Below, in pieces: positions 21,917 through 33,604 of a DNA stretch of 64,000 bases (positions are counted from its first letter, which is position 1; every line of letters begins with the position of its first letter). The notes beneath the pieces are model-generated. The model worked only from the letters and a program-made list of their open reading frames with translations. It did no database searches and was not told the origin of the DNA. The stretch is from an uncultured Planctomycetaceae bacterium (GTDB lineage: Bacteria > Planctomycetota > Planctomycetia > Planctomycetales > Planctomycetaceae). A program made the position numbers and the translations under genes. The stretch is taken from NCBI GenBank assembly GCA_963813715.1, contig CAWFAK010000005.1, positions 576,001 to 640,000 of the forward strand, written 5' to 3'.

Positions 21917-22972
21917 ATGTCGGACATCAAATTTGATCAGACCCTTAGCCTTATTGCCGTGGTCGACCCCATTGGAAACGGCCTATGTGATAGCGAGATC
22001 GCTCGTATTGCCAGTTCGTTCAAGGAAAACATGAGACGTGTCGTGCGCCTTCTTGAGTTGTCGCCTGTGTTGGCGGGATGGGTCGGCGCGTTTGTGGCAT
22101 GCGACGCGCGAGCCGATTTCGAAGCATTTGGCGTACCCATTCGGAGTCCGGATTCCAAGGTTCTTGATCCTGAGCGTACTGAGCGTGCGGACACGATTAG
22201 GAGGGAGCGCTTTGCGCGCGAGTTTCCAGACTTCAAGAAAGACAGATCGGAGACGCCGCAGGTCATCTTGGACCGGGGAATGGAATACATAATCCAGTTG
22301 CGCAACGTTGTTCCACAAATAGTGGCCGGACTAGACGTCGTGCTTGCGTCGTCGATTACGGGATCATGGACCGCTTTCGAGGTGTTGGCTGGCGATCTGT
22401 GGGTCGCGGCGGTGAACGCTCATCCGCACACGCTATCCGTGATGAAGGGAAAGTTGGTGAATTGGGAAATTCCAAAGGCTGCTCGCGGCACTGAAGACAC
22501 GAATCGCGAATCGGGCAACAAAAAGGGCGGAGAAACAGGCCCCCAGATCTCGGTTAAGTGGCTTGAGTTTCACAACTACAACGTTTCCCAAAAGATGGGA
22601 ACTCTACTCAGGCAGCGTAAAACAGCAGATTTTCAGACCGTTTGGGACATTCGCGAAGCATACGCGAGAGCATTCGAAAGCGACTATTCCGCTATCCGCA
22701 ACAGTCTGGCTGATGAATCGCTCGACCACCTGTCGGCTCTTCGCAATGTTCTGGTTCACAAAGCGGGAAAGGCCGACGACAAGTTCGTTGAAGACATCGC
22801 AGGCTGTGAACACTTTGCTTCGATCTCAGAACGCGATCCGGTCATCCTAGACGGTGAGATCGTCGCTGATTTGGTTTGGTCGGTCGTCAATCAAGCAAGC
22901 TCGCTTCTGTCGGCCGTGGATGCGTGGCTGGCTAGAAATCCCAACAAATCGAATGTCAAGCAACAGCAATAA
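21917..22972 (+). CDS. Putative HEPN-domain protein (RxxxxH motif)
   Basis: AAGGAG RBS at ~21904 before ATG 21917; helical protein with WTAFE and C-terminal LRNVLVHKAG; lower GC than flanks. Confidence 0.65.
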   Translation: MSDIKFDQTLSLIAVVDPIGNGLCDSEIARIASSFKENMRRVVRLLELSPVLAGWVGAFVACDARADFEAFGVPIRSPDSKVLDPERTERADTIRRERFAREFPDFKKDRSETPQVILDRGMEYIIQLRNVVPQIVAGLDVVLASSITGSWTAFEVLAGDLWVAAVNAHPHTLSVMKGKLVNWEIPKAARGTEDTNRESGNKKGGETGPQISVKWLEFHNYNVSQKMGTLLRQRKTADFQTVWDIREAYARAFESDYSAIRNSLADESLDHLSALRNVLVHKAGKADDKFVEDIAGCEHFASISERDPVILDGEIVADLVWSVVNQASSLLSAVDAWLARNPNKSNVKQQQ

Positions 22973-23224
22973 TCTCGACACTCAAGAACTTGAGATGCCG
23001 TGCAAGACTTGGAGGGGAGAGGGCGGACATTACACGGAGCATCCTCGCTACTATTCCGTCGTTCATCGGTCTAAGTCGAGTTGCGTGGCTTCTTCTATTT
23101 GTAGCACGCTCGGCCATTGCACAGCTGGTGTTATTACTTAAATAGCGGCTGGGTGTTCTTGCCAGTATGATGCCTATCCATTCGTGTGACCGCGTTCAGT
23201 TAGCAACAAAGACGGGCTTCGACG

Positions 23225-23918
23225 ATGCCGACTACAGTCAATGGGTTGGATTTTGCGGTCGTAGGATTCATCCCTCAAATTCCAGATCCCGGACAGCAAC
23301 CGGCGGTCTACAAGAACTCTGCGTGGCCGATTGGAATGGGTTTCTTGTTTAAGTCAGGGAATCCAGATCCTGTGATCGCGAGCTATGCAGATCTGCAAAC
23401 GCTGGTCAATCAGCGAGAGTTCCGGTTCATCGTCGCACTTCGAAACCTCAGTGCAACATGGCCGGATCAGGCCGGCCCAGTGCAGGTAAGTTACGATCCC
23501 CCTGACATGATTCCAGGCTACACGCCTGTTCGGGTTTGGTGCACGGTTGGCCGAGTTTGTGCTTCATGCACCTCTGGTTTTCGCCCGCGCCGCGCTCACG
23601 GACATTGGGCGGCGCGCCACTCCGCAAGAGTTCACAATTGAGCTCGTTGTGAAGGTCAAGCTGTCATGGTGGATGAATGTTGTGCAAACCGCTTTAACTT
23701 GGCATTTGGCGCCATGGGCCGTCGTAGTAGTCCGCTACACGCTCTTCCGCTCGGGAGGCTCGAAAATTGAGGTCATCAGCTCTGAAATTCCCTCACAGAA
23801 GTTTGTGCACGACTGGGGCACCGTAGGTGCCCACGACATGTGCAACATCACTCCGCACCAGCTCAATGCGTTTATTGCGACAGGCGACTGTCTCGACGCG
23901 CCGCTATCGCAAAAATGA
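23225..23918 (+). CDS. Hypothetical protein, probably one gene split by a frameshift at ~23545
   Basis: ORFs 23225..23641 and 23547..23918 overlap in different frames, and each is protein-like on its own side of ~23545. Confidence 0.55.
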
Positions 23919-23973
23919 CTTTCCCGTAAGGGCAATCGGGACTAGAATTTAGAGACGGGGGGCGGAGGAATTG

Positions 23974-24423
23974 ATGCGCACATCCCGAGTAGATTCGTCT
24001 TTTTTCGAGTTTTACACAGCCATTCGCGAAGCTGATGTGTCGGGCTATCCGGAGCTGGGCGACATTGTGCTCATTAGGGGCGACAGCCAGATTTACGCCC
24101 AAGTCGATGATATAGAAAGAATTAGGACTCCCGCTGGTGTGGAGTTTCGGCTGCAATTTCGCGTCAACGATGCACCGCTGACACGGCGCTCCAAGGAGCA
24201 GACTGGCAGGATAGCGGTGCCAATCTCCACTGACGGGCAGATGCGTTATGAGCCCCCCACGCTTTATTACACTTTGAGCACACGAAACACGGATGAGGAA
24301 AATAAACGAAATCTGAGCGATTTTGTATTTTCCCAATGGGACAACGTAACGAAGTCCATTTACCGACTCCGCGAAAATCACGATTCTGAGGATCGACGAT
24401 CTGATGCGGGCTCCTCTGGTTAA
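23974..24423 (+). CDS. Hypothetical protein
   Basis: GGAGG RBS just upstream; ~149-aa ORF in the low-GC islet. Confidence 0.6.
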   Translation: MRTSRVDSSFFEFYTAIREADVSGYPELGDIVLIRGDSQIYAQVDDIERIRTPAGVEFRLQFRVNDAPLTRRSKEQTGRIAVPISTDGQMRYEPPTLYYTLSTRNTDEENKRNLSDFVFSQWDNVTKSIYRLRENHDSEDRRSDAGSSG

Positions 24424-24672
24424 CTTTTCTTGCGGCCGCTGCCCTTAACGCCCCCCCTACGGGGCACCAGACCAGCGGCGCGAGCTGGGCCGCGCTTTCG
24501 AAGCCCAGCTCGAATTCTACCTCGCCCTGCGAGGCCTCAAGAGCCCCAGGCTCCGCGGCGTGCATCTCGCGCCCGACCCCGATCATTGCGGCAATCTCGA
24601 TGAGCCGTCGCTCGTTGGCCTGCCACTGCGAGGGAGTCGTGGTCAACCATCTTTCGACCCGACTTTTTGCAA

Positions 24673-24746
24673 TACACCCGGCAGGATTCGAACCTGCGAC
24701 CTGCGGTTTAGGAAACCGCCGCTCTATCCACCTGAGCTACGGGTGC
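24673..24746 (-). tRNA. tRNA-Arg (anticodon CCT); CCA not encoded
   Basis: Minus strand GCACCCGTAGCTCAGGTGGATAGAGCGGCGGTTTCCTAAACCGCAGGTCGCAGGTTCGAATCCTGCCGGGTGTA: acceptor stem, D arm, anticodon stem GCGGT/ACCGC with loop TTCCTAA, T loop GTTCGAAT. Confidence 0.97.
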
Positions 24747-24972
24747 GTTCGATGCACGCGACCGACGACGGGTTGTTTGTCGTGTTTCTGAGTGGACCCC
24801 GATCTTTCACTCGATGCGTTGGACCATCTCTTGGATCCGATCGGTCCAGTCATATCAGTCCAACTTCGGACTTGGCCAGAGATCCTCTTGGTTTTATTGG
24901 AAACCGCTTACTCATTGAAGGACATTTCGTGAACCAAAAGCCGGGGTCAATCCGGCGGTTGTTGCGCGGGCG

Positions 24973-25851
24973 TTATGGGGACGCTGTCTTGGACATCGTG
25001 ATCTTGCCGAAGGTCATAAAGACGCGCGTTTTGCCGGAAGGGCCGCGGTAGGCTCCCTCGGCTTTGCACAGTTTGCACGCTAGCGCCGTGAATTCCCAGC
25101 AATCGGCCTCGTCGCAGTTGAGCTTTCGCGTCGTGAGGGGGGCGATGCTCTGTTTCTGGCCGTATTCGCGGACCACTTGCGAATCGCGGGTCAGCCCCTT
25201 CACCAGCGAGGGGTTGTCCCAAGCCCACAGCCAGGTGCCGTCGGCCGTGTTGTAAGTGCCGATGATCTGCACCGGGGCAGCGGCGTGGATTTTCTGCGAG
25301 TCGAACGAGATCGTCCCTTTGTCCTGGTCGAGGAGCCACTTCGTGTCCTCGAAATGAATGACCGCCTGGAGGGCGGCGTTCTTTGCCTGCAGTTCGGCCA
25401 TGGCCTGGTCGACCAGCGGCCGCACGGTTGGGCCGTCCAGGACAGGGGGCTGCTCGTTGTGGAACATCACGAAAAGGCCCGCGCACAACGCGACCACAGT
25501 CGCGAACGTGATCGAGCCGAGGAGGACGATCCAGCCCCGGATCGTCAGGCCGGCGATTTTTCGGCGCGGCGGCTTTTCGGGAACATCCGGGGAACGCTTC
25601 GACGCCGCGGTTCGGGCGCCCGCCTTCCCGGCGGGTCGGGCGGTGGATTTCGGAGGGCGGATCGGCCGCGGCGGCACGGGATTGCCGTATTCGTCGTCCC
25701 CGGCATCATCTGGCTGCGGGTCGGCCGGCATTGACGCCGACGGAATGCGGACCTTGCTGCCGCACTGCTTGCAATGAAACTGCCGCCCGGCCTTGTCGTC
25801 GGCGACGCGGTACGTTCGTCCGCACTGTTCGCAGGCGACCGGAATGGGCAC
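24973..25851 (-). CDS. Zn-ribbon + TM + DUF6882-like domain protein
   Basis: N-terminal CEQC...CKQC, one TM helix, then WLLDQDKGTISF, QIIGTYN..DGTWLWAWDNPS, GAYRGP. Confidence 0.75.
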   Translation of the reverse strand: MPIPVACEQCGRTYRVADDKAGRQFHCKQCGSKVRIPSASMPADPQPDDAGDDEYGNPVPPRPIRPPKSTARPAGKAGARTAASKRSPDVPEKPPRRKIAGLTIRGWIVLLGSITFATVVALCAGLFVMFHNEQPPVLDGPTVRPLVDQAMAELQAKNAALQAVIHFEDTKWLLDQDKGTISFDSQKIHAAAPVQIIGTYNTADGTWLWAWDNPSLVKGLTRDSQVVREYGQKQSIAPLTTRKLNCDEADCWEFTALACKLCKAEGAYRGPSGKTRVFMTFGKITMSKTASP

Positions 25852-25919
25852 TTCGTTTTCCTGCTCTAATTTGGGCCGATAAACACGACATTAAACGTCC
25901 GAACCGTTCTCCTCAATCC

Positions 25920-26435
25920 TCATGACAATTCGATTGCACCGGTCCCGAGTTCATCCGGAGCCGTCAAGTAAATGTGCAAAAAACTGGAGAACGAGTTAGC
26001 GACAATGTGGTGCGTTGTCCCGTTGCCGATCCACACAACAGGAGCGTCGTCTCCCCCGGCCGACAAGCGAATGGCGAACGCCGCGGAGTAAATCAAATGA
26101 TCAGCGAACACGAACCATAGGGCAGGCTGGGGGAGTGTGTCCATGATTTTGCGGTAATCCGGGATGCCCCCGAAGTTGGCGAGTTCTTCGGGAACACTCT
26201 TGACGTCACAAAGGCGATGGAACGAAAAGCAGTCGTCATCCATTTCATTTTCGCCCATCCCATCGACCGTGGTGAAAAACTCCCGCATATCCAATGGCAT
26301 GCAGACCTGATAGCGGGCCTCGAACAACTGGATCTCTTCCCTCGAGACGCCGGGCCGGTGTCGGATATTGCATTGAGACCAGCGGCTTTTGAGTCGTTCG
26401 ATCAAGAACGCTCCATTGATTATGCGAGCCGACAC
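25920..26435 (-). CDS. SMI1/KNR4 (SUKH) family protein
   Basis: GVSREEIQLFEARYQVCMPLDMREFF..DG, FADHLI, IVANSFSSFL. Confidence 0.8.
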   Translation of the reverse strand: MSARIINGAFLIERLKSRWSQCNIRHRPGVSREEIQLFEARYQVCMPLDMREFFTTVDGMGENEMDDDCFSFHRLCDVKSVPEELANFGGIPDYRKIMDTLPQPALWFVFADHLIYSAAFAIRLSAGGDDAPVVWIGNGTTHHIVANSFSSFLHIYLTAPDELGTGAIELS

Positions 26436-26518
26436 TCACATCAACTCTCCCATTTCTCCCTTAACGTAGCAGACGCCCAATCATGTCACCGTCATGTCCA
26501 CTCCAAGACACGCGGCGC

Positions 26519-27416
26519 TCACGCCGGGCACAGCCGAAACACCGTGATTTCCGGTCGCACATTGAACCGCACGGGGAGCAGGTGGCCCAGGCCGCGGTTG
26601 ATGTACAGTCGGCGACCTTGTCCGACGTCGAATTCGCCGCTGGTGTAGCGGCGGTTGCGGACTGGCAGGAGGGGCGGCGGGAGAAACGGGGGCTTGCATT
26701 GGCCGCCGTGCGTGTGGCCCGCCAGGATCCAGCCGCGGCAGTTGGCCAAGAGTGATGAATCGACGGCGTCGGGATTGTGGCACAGCGTGAGGGCCGGCTT
26801 TTGCCAGTCGACTTTCGGGACGACCGCTTCGGGACTGAAGTTGGGCGACCAGAGATCGTCGATGCCGACGAGCTGCAGGCCCGGCGACCGAACGGTGCTC
26901 ATTGCGTAACAGGTGGATGCCCAAGTCGGGGAGTCGCCGAGCCAGCGTGTCGGCCACGTCTTTGCGCGACCAGCCCCGGGCGTAGTCATGGTTGCCGAAG
27001 ATCGCGAAACAACCGAGCGGGCCCGGCGACAGATGCTCGAGGACGCGACAGACGTGGTCCACCTGCTCGGTGTCGAAACACGTCATGAAGTCGCCGGTGA
27101 TGACGGTCAAATCCGGACTGAGTGCCGAGACGCGCTTGAGGCAATCGATCAGGTAATCACTGTCGACCGAACGTCCGACGTGCAGGTCGCTGATCTGCAC
27201 GAGCCGGCGACCGTGCAAGTCCGTCGGCAAGCCAGCAATCGGCAGATCGCGCTCGACGACTTCCACCCAATGCGGCTCGATCCGCCAGGTGTAAAGTCCC
27301 ACTCCGCACGCACCGAGAGCCGTCGCCGCCAAAAAGCGACGACGGGTCAGCCGCGAGCGCCACGTGCGCCGAGGGGGAGCCTGTGAAGCTTGGGGCCCTG
27401 CAGGATCGCCGGTCAT
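26519..27416 (-). CDS. Metallophosphoesterase (YkuE/YaeI-like) with Tat-like N-terminus; frameshift at ~26880
   Basis: TRRRFL, QISDLHVG, ITGDF, GNHDY, LCHNPD, LAGHTHGGQ, YINRGLG. Confidence 0.9.
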
Positions 27417-27448
27417 GCCGTCGATTGTGACACAGAATCGCCGGGCCG

Positions 27449-28481
27449 TCAGGCTCCCAGGCGCTCGGTCACGGTTTGCGCGTAGTCTGCGTTCCGGAAT
27501 CGCAGGCGGACGACACCGCGCGATTTATCGCCTCCCGCGACCTTGGCAGGCGCGTTCATTCGCTCCGCGACCACAATGCTGATCACGATCGACACGCACA
27601 CGAGAGCGACGCTGATCACGCTGAAGGCGATCCAGTCGAGATTCAGCGGTAGCACGATGACGGCCGTCACCAAGACGCTGGCGATGACTCCGTTCCAGCA
27701 CAGACGTCGATACCGTCGCTCGGCGGCGTCTTTGCACTCGCGACAGCGGGGAATGGTCAGCCGTAATGTCGTCCCCACTTTCAGCGCGTGACCGCACTCC
27801 AGCGTCCCCGGTTGTGCGCAGTCGCAGCAAAGCATGGGCCAGGTTTGGCGGCCGATCTGAAAGTCGCACCAGTCTTGGCTGGCCTCGAGCGGCGGCGCTT
27901 CTCGCTGGGCCGGCGCCAGCTGCCCGCTGTCGGGATTCTTTGAGCAGAGCCGGTGGCGAGCCGACGGGCAGCTTGGGCGGCAGCGGGTGATCCTGATTCG
28001 GCTGAATTCGGCCTCGCGCCCAGTGTCGCCAGAGGAACATTCCCCCGGAGAGCGACAGCACGCCGACGGGGATCAGCAGCATCCAGGTGATTCCCCGCGG
28101 GCCGACGGACGCAACGACGAAGCCCAGGATGACAGTCAGAATGACCCCAAAGACTCCCAGCGCGGCGGCGCTCTCGCCCAACTTACGGTAGCTTCCGCGT
28201 CGAAAGCCGGCGACGAGCTCCTCGTTGATCCAGTTACACTTGGGGCACGGGACCAGTTCGGACTCCGACGACATGCGCCGCTGGAGGTCCTTTTGGGCCT
28301 TTTGATTCGCCTTGGTGGTCGCGCGGCCGACGCCGAGGCCGTACGGAGCCTGTGCGCTGCCGCTGCCGATCCGCGTGAACTTGTAGAAGTACTCGCAACC
28401 ACAACGAGTGCAAGCCACGCGCACCAGGCGCGCCCCGACCCGCTCGGCGTTAATCGTCTTGGCGTGGTAATGGACGAACAT
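27449..28481 (-). CDS. Hypothetical membrane protein with several CxxC Zn-finger motifs; frameshifted
   Basis: CTRC, CPKC, CCDC and CREC motifs plus two TM hairpins; ends VRLRFRNADY. Confidence 0.65.
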
Positions 28482-28482
28482 G

Positions 28483-29170
28483 TCACGTCCGCTCGAGTGA
28501 GCCCCGTTCGCCGGCAGTCGACGCGACTGGGAGCCCACACGCGTAGGCCGTGTAGACGCCCACGATCGCCCCGGCAAATGTGCCGCCGATTACGTCGCCC
28601 ACGAAATGATAGTTCATGCCGATCAAGCCGGTCGCCACCGCGAGCGGCGGCGAGCAGGCAGGCCCAGCGTCCGCGTGGGTAGGCGACCCAGGCAACGCCG
28701 ACGATCGCCAGCGTGCGGATCATGTGGCCGGACGGGAAACTGCCGTACTCGGGGCCTCGGTGAAACGGATGGAATCCATACGCGCCGTTCCCCAGGAGCG
28801 ACGGGTTATCGTGCGTCCACGTCTCGGGCCAATAACGGCCGAAGCAGAATTTCAACGACGCTTCGCACTGCACGGCAATCAACAGGCTGACGCAAGCGGC
28901 CAGCAGCGCGAGTTGCCACCGCCGAAACGGTCCGCACGACCGCCGAATTGCCAGCGCGGCCAGGATGGCCGGCGCCCACCCCTGCAAAAGCGGCGGCGGA
29001 TACTGCAGCCAATAGAAGAGCCGGATCTCATTCGTGTGGTGCTCGCTCACCCAAAACGCGACCGGCCGATCGACGAAGAAGTAACACGAGCGTGACCAAC
29101 GCCGCGCAGCACAAAATCGCGACAAGCGAACGCACGAGCAGAGTTTGTATAGACGTTGCGAGTGACCACA
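28483..29170 (-). CDS. PAP2-family phosphatase; frameshifted; start approximate
   Basis: LKFCFGRYWP, SFPSGH, MNYHFVGDVIGG. Confidence 0.85.
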
Positions 29171-29336
29171 AACAGGGGGCCTCGTAATAACCCGAAGATT
29201 CGATCGCAGTCCGAAGCGACGCGTCAATCAAGAATCGCGTCGCCAGAACTCGGGCCAACGATTACGATTCGCAACAGCGAATCGACAGCGCGTAGTCCGT
29301 CGAAGTTCGCCCGATCATATCCAAAAGGATGCGGCG

Positions 29337-31179
29337 ATGGATCGTTGCTCAAGCGGGGCGGTGGTTCGACGTTCCCTGATGATCGCGACATTGTTGCTGA
29401 TCGTCGGGACTCACGAAGTCGCCGCGCAGGTCGCGTTCGTACTCCAACCCAAAACCTATCGCGCCCCTTCCGGCCGCTATGAGCTGTCGGTCGATCCGAG
29501 TGACCTTGGCGACGCAGACACCGCGAAGTATCGATTGCAGGAGAACGGCAAGGATCGCTGGTCGGTTACGCTGCCGTTCGCCCTCATCGAGGCGGCAGTC
29601 GCCGACAATGGCACGACGATCGGCTATGGCTATACCGGCGACCGAAACGGCCGCTGCAGGGAGTTTGTGGTCGCGATTCTCGACGCTGCCGGCAAAGTCC
29701 GACTGAAGGACTTGGTCAAACGCGGGCCCAGCCCTTTCGTGGATTCCGACGGGAGTCTGCCGAGCGGCATCGGGGTAGTAGTCGATGAGCTCAACGATCG
29801 GCTGATCATCCGGGTTGCATCCGCACAATGGAGGCAACTCGAAACCTGGTGGATTTATCGGCTATCGTCCGCGAGGGCAGTCGGCAAGCAGGATCTGAGC
29901 AAGCTTTGGCAGGGCACCCAACCGTCCCGGCGCGTCTCCGCCATCAGGCCGATTCAGGGCACTCCGTTGACACTGGTGCACTTCGTCCGAAACACGGCTC
30001 ACATTCCAAGGGGCACTCACGGGGCGACATTCGGTCTGCTCGACCTCCAGGGGCGGCTTGTTTGGTCGCTGGAGCTGCCTTTCGACTATATGGCGTCGGA
30101 CCGGGAAACTGGCGAGAAGCTCTCCCAGTTGCTCGTGGAGGGGCGCTACATCCTGCGAAGCGACAAGCCGCGCGCGTTCGACCTGTTCTTCGCGGCCGCG
30201 TCACAACGTGTCTCCTATTCTGTGACTCCGAGTGCCTCGGGCCAGTGGACGGTGAAAGAGACAGCGCGAGCGCCCTTTGCGTTGATTCCCGCGCCCAAGC
30301 AAACCTTGATGATGCTCCCCAAACGGGCGCTCAAACCGCTTGAGCCGCTCGTGCTCCGGATGCACCGGAGTGGGGCGCCTTCGCCGATTCAGCAGACGGA
30401 CGAACTCGCAGCGGTGAGCTCGATGGCGATCGACCCCCAGGGGCGGATTTATCGCGATCGACCGAAAGACCGGCGCGATGTCTGTCTTCGATTCATCGGG
30501 CCGCTTTCTCCACATTTGCCGTGCTACGTTGAAAGATTTCAGCGGGCTCGTGCCGGACCCCGCCATTTCGTTTGGCGATCAAGGGGACGTTTACCTGGGC
30601 CCCGGCGAAGGGATCGAGGGGTTGTCTCGACGATGCCCGTATGCCCATTTCGACGCGAACGGAAAACGGCTGGATTCGGTTGTTTGGATCGGATTTAGTT
30701 CCTGGCTTCAACCTCGCACCAACCACCTCATCGAGCTGAGCTTTGCTTTCGCCGCTCTGAACGAGCTGTCGGGCCAGATGCTCCGCGAGCTCGGGCTGCG
30801 CCCGGATGGGCACCGGCTGTCGGGAGTCGAGTCCGCCTGTGTCGCAACGGATGGCTCGTTCGCGATTCTGGCAAATCAATACGAGAAAGGCGGCGAGACC
30901 ATCAACGTCTTCACCGCCGATGGCGATCCGATCGGCACGATTCCGCTGCGGGGCCTCATGGGCGTGATCGAGATGGCGTACGACGGACAGAGAATTGCCG
31001 TTGCTGCCGAGCAAGGTTTATTCTTCTTCGATCGCTCGGGGACGGCGCTCTACCGTTGCGACTCTCCGGTGCCCCCGCGGCGCGATTCGGTGCAGGTGCC
31101 TTACTTTCTCGACGTCGGCCGGACGTTGGCACTCTTCGACGGCCGGAATCCCGTCCTCTACCGGTATCAGCTGCCGTGA
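29337..31179 (+). CDS. Hypothetical exported beta-rich (NHL/propeller-like) protein; frameshift at ~30455
   Basis: Signal peptide, MAIDPQGRIY, and repeated VF...G..L/I motifs across ORFs 29337 and 30478. Confidence 0.6.
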
Positions 31180-31254
31180 GAGCTTCGCGGACGGTGTTTC
31201 ACGTCACGCCAGCAGTTGCACGTCACGTTCAAGGGCCCGATCGCACGCTGGCGT

Positions 31255-31611
31255 CTAGCGGCCGGTGAAGTTATTGCGGCCTTGCTGGTCGCGGATTTGT
31301 TGAAAGATTGGATTCGGCTTGGCCCAGGGCTGTTCGGCCAGCTTGTTCGGGTCGTTCTTCGGATCCGACCAGTCAATCTGCCCCTCGGCCTTGGGCATCT
31401 CCCAATTCTTGGCCAGTTTCTTTTTCCAGGTGCTCGCCCAGGCTTTGTTGTTGTCCGGCAGCTTGACGCTCGCCATGTTCTGCAGCAGCACGTATCCGCC
31501 GACTCCCAGGAGCACGCAGCCCATCGCCATGCCCACGATCGTGTTGGTTTTGTCGGCTCGCCGATCTTCCGGCGTCATTTGATTTGACGTGGTCATTTGC
31601 GAGGTGGACAT
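31255..31611 (-). CDS. Hypothetical single-TM protein
   Basis: ATG 31611; TM IVGMAMGCVLLGVGGYVLL. Confidence 0.55.
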   Translation of the reverse strand: MSTSQMTTSNQMTPEDRRADKTNTIVGMAMGCVLLGVGGYVLLQNMASVKLPDNNKAWASTWKKKLAKNWEMPKAEGQIDWSDPKNDPNKLAEQPWAKPNPIFQQIRDQQGRNNFTGR

Positions 31612-31969
31612 CGTTGGGCTCCCCACGGAGGTTTCAAGCGAATAGGAGTGGCGTGATCGTCCCGCTCGATCTGGTGCCGTGCAAACAGGCACCGTTTGAA
31701 CTCGTACCGTGCAAAAGTATAGGTCGCGATTTCTTGCCCGTCGTAAGGCCTGCCGCGGACGAGTTGCAAATCGGGATCCAAAGGCTTTCGACCCCGGGAC
31801 TCGTATGTCGGCCCGCATCTGCGGTAAAATTGGCCCTCGCGTTGCCTTTTGGCAGCGTCACCGATCAACGCGCAGACATACGAGGCGATTCGGCCGCGCA
31901 GCGTCGGGTTTAGCGGCGGGCGATTGCGGATTTTTCACGCGGCGAGGCACCCGGTTCGGAACAGACCCC

Positions 31970-32461
31970 ATGAAGCCGATCATGATCTGTTTGGCAGCGG
32001 CGGGTTGGGCGGCCAGCCTTTTCGGGGTGCTGGCGCTTCAATATCTGCCGGACCGGTTCTTCGGCGAGCACAGCGTTTGCGGTCCTTGGGGCTGCGGGGC
32101 GCCCCTGCCGGCGCTCTTGGCTTGTCACGGATTTTGGCTCGTGCTCTTTGCGCCGGCGACGATCTTCGCCGCGCGGCGGCTGGGACCGCGGGCCGTTTGG
32201 CGAATCGGCGCGACGCTCGTCACGCTGGCGGGCGTCGGCCTGGTGAGCGTCGGCGTGTGGCAAGCGCTGACCTGGTGGTCGGCCGTTGACAACTCACTGC
32301 ACCGGTTTGCCGGCCAGCGCTACCTGTTCGTGCTGGCGACGCTCGTCGACGTGCCCGTGCTCGAGACGTTGCTGGCGGGAGTGACGCTCTGGTGGGCCGG
32401 CATTTGGCGCGAGCGGCCGGCCGTGGTCGCTCAGCGTTTGGAATCGCAGGCGGGCAATTGA
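31970..32461 (+). CDS. Hypothetical membrane protein
   Basis: Four hydrophobic segments and the motif HSVCGPWGCG. Confidence 0.65.
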   Translation: MKPIMICLAAAGWAASLFGVLALQYLPDRFFGEHSVCGPWGCGAPLPALLACHGFWLVLFAPATIFAARRLGPRAVWRIGATLVTLAGVGLVSVGVWQALTWWSAVDNSLHRFAGQRYLFVLATLVDVPVLETLLAGVTLWWAGIWRERPAVVAQRLESQAGN

Positions 32462-32553
32462 CGAGACTGGCACTGACGCTTCCACAGTCGACGCCTGTTT
32501 GACAGCCGAACTTTAGACTCCTGAAGAAATTCCTGAAGCAACTCCCGACGCGA

Positions 32554-33604
32554 ATGTGCCGAACCATGAATACACGCGGACAGCTGAACCCGGCGGTGGC
32601 AACGATTGTCGTGTTGATGGTTGTCGCCGTGGCAGGAAGGCCAGAGCTATCGGCTGGTGAGCCGGCGGCCGTCGAGCAGTTGCGGATCAACGAGTTGCAA
32701 TTCCTCGGCACGCACAACAGTTATCACGTTCGCGACCCGGCCAAGCCGAACAAGAATTTCCCCGACTGGAGCTACAGTCACGCGCCGCTCGACGTGCAAC
32801 TCGAGCGTGGCGTCCGCAGCTTCGAGCTCGATTTGCAGTATCGCAACGGGGAGTTTCAGGTCTTTCACGTGGCCATGCTCGACGAAGGCTCGACGTGCCG
32901 CACGCTCAAGGAGGGGCTGGAAACGGTCCGCCGCTGGGCGGACGCGCACTCGCGGCACTTGCCGATTTCGATTCTCTTCGAACTCAAGCAGGAGGGGCCG
33001 ATGCTCGACCCGACGGTGAAGATTCCGGACGCCGCCGCCCTCGACCAGCTCGACCGGCTGTTGCTCTCGGTCTTTCCCCGCGATCGCACCATCACCCCCG
33101 ACGACGTGCGGGGCCGCGCGGCCACGCTGCGCGATGCCGTGCAAAACTCGGGCTGGCCCACGCTCGAATCGGCCCGGGGCAAAGTGTTCTACATCCTGCA
33201 CGACGAACGGAAGGAGCGAGAGCTCTACACACACGATCATCCTTCGCTCAAAGGGCGGGTGATGTTCGTGCCGCTCCGACGAGAGTCGCGATGATGCCGC
33301 CACACTGGTGATGGATGACCCGCGGGACGCGAACATTCCGCGGCTGGTGAAGGCCGGCTATTTCATCCGCACGCGGGCCGACTCGGGCCTCAGGACGAAG
33401 GGGCCGCGGCCAGCGGCGCGGCGCACGGCGGCCTTCGCCAGCGGCGCCCAGATCGTCAGCACCGATTTCCCGCCGGGCGAAGCACAGGCCCAGACGGGAT
33501 TTGTCGTTGAGTTCGAGGGGGCGCCGCCGAGTCAGGTTAATCCGGGGCGTGTGAATCCGGTGAACGGGCCCGAAACACTGCGCGGGCAGGCGCTCGACCG
33601 CTGA
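32554..33604 (+). CDS. Ca2+-dependent phosphoinositide-specific phospholipase C-like phosphodiesterase; frameshift at ~33275
   Basis: LQFLGTHNSYH, QLERGVRSFELD, FHV, WPTLESARGK, IRTRAD, SGAQIVSTDFP. Confidence 0.85.

Noticed and set aside
24440..24646. Small minus-strand ORF next to the tRNA (RRLIEIAAMIGVGREMH...)
   Set aside because: Partly protein-like, but its frame runs antisense into the 23974-24423 gene and it has no clear start or family
20553..24672. attL/attR duplication of the tRNA-Arg 3' end
   Set aside because: No second copy of the tRNA 3' sequence and no integrase found by eye
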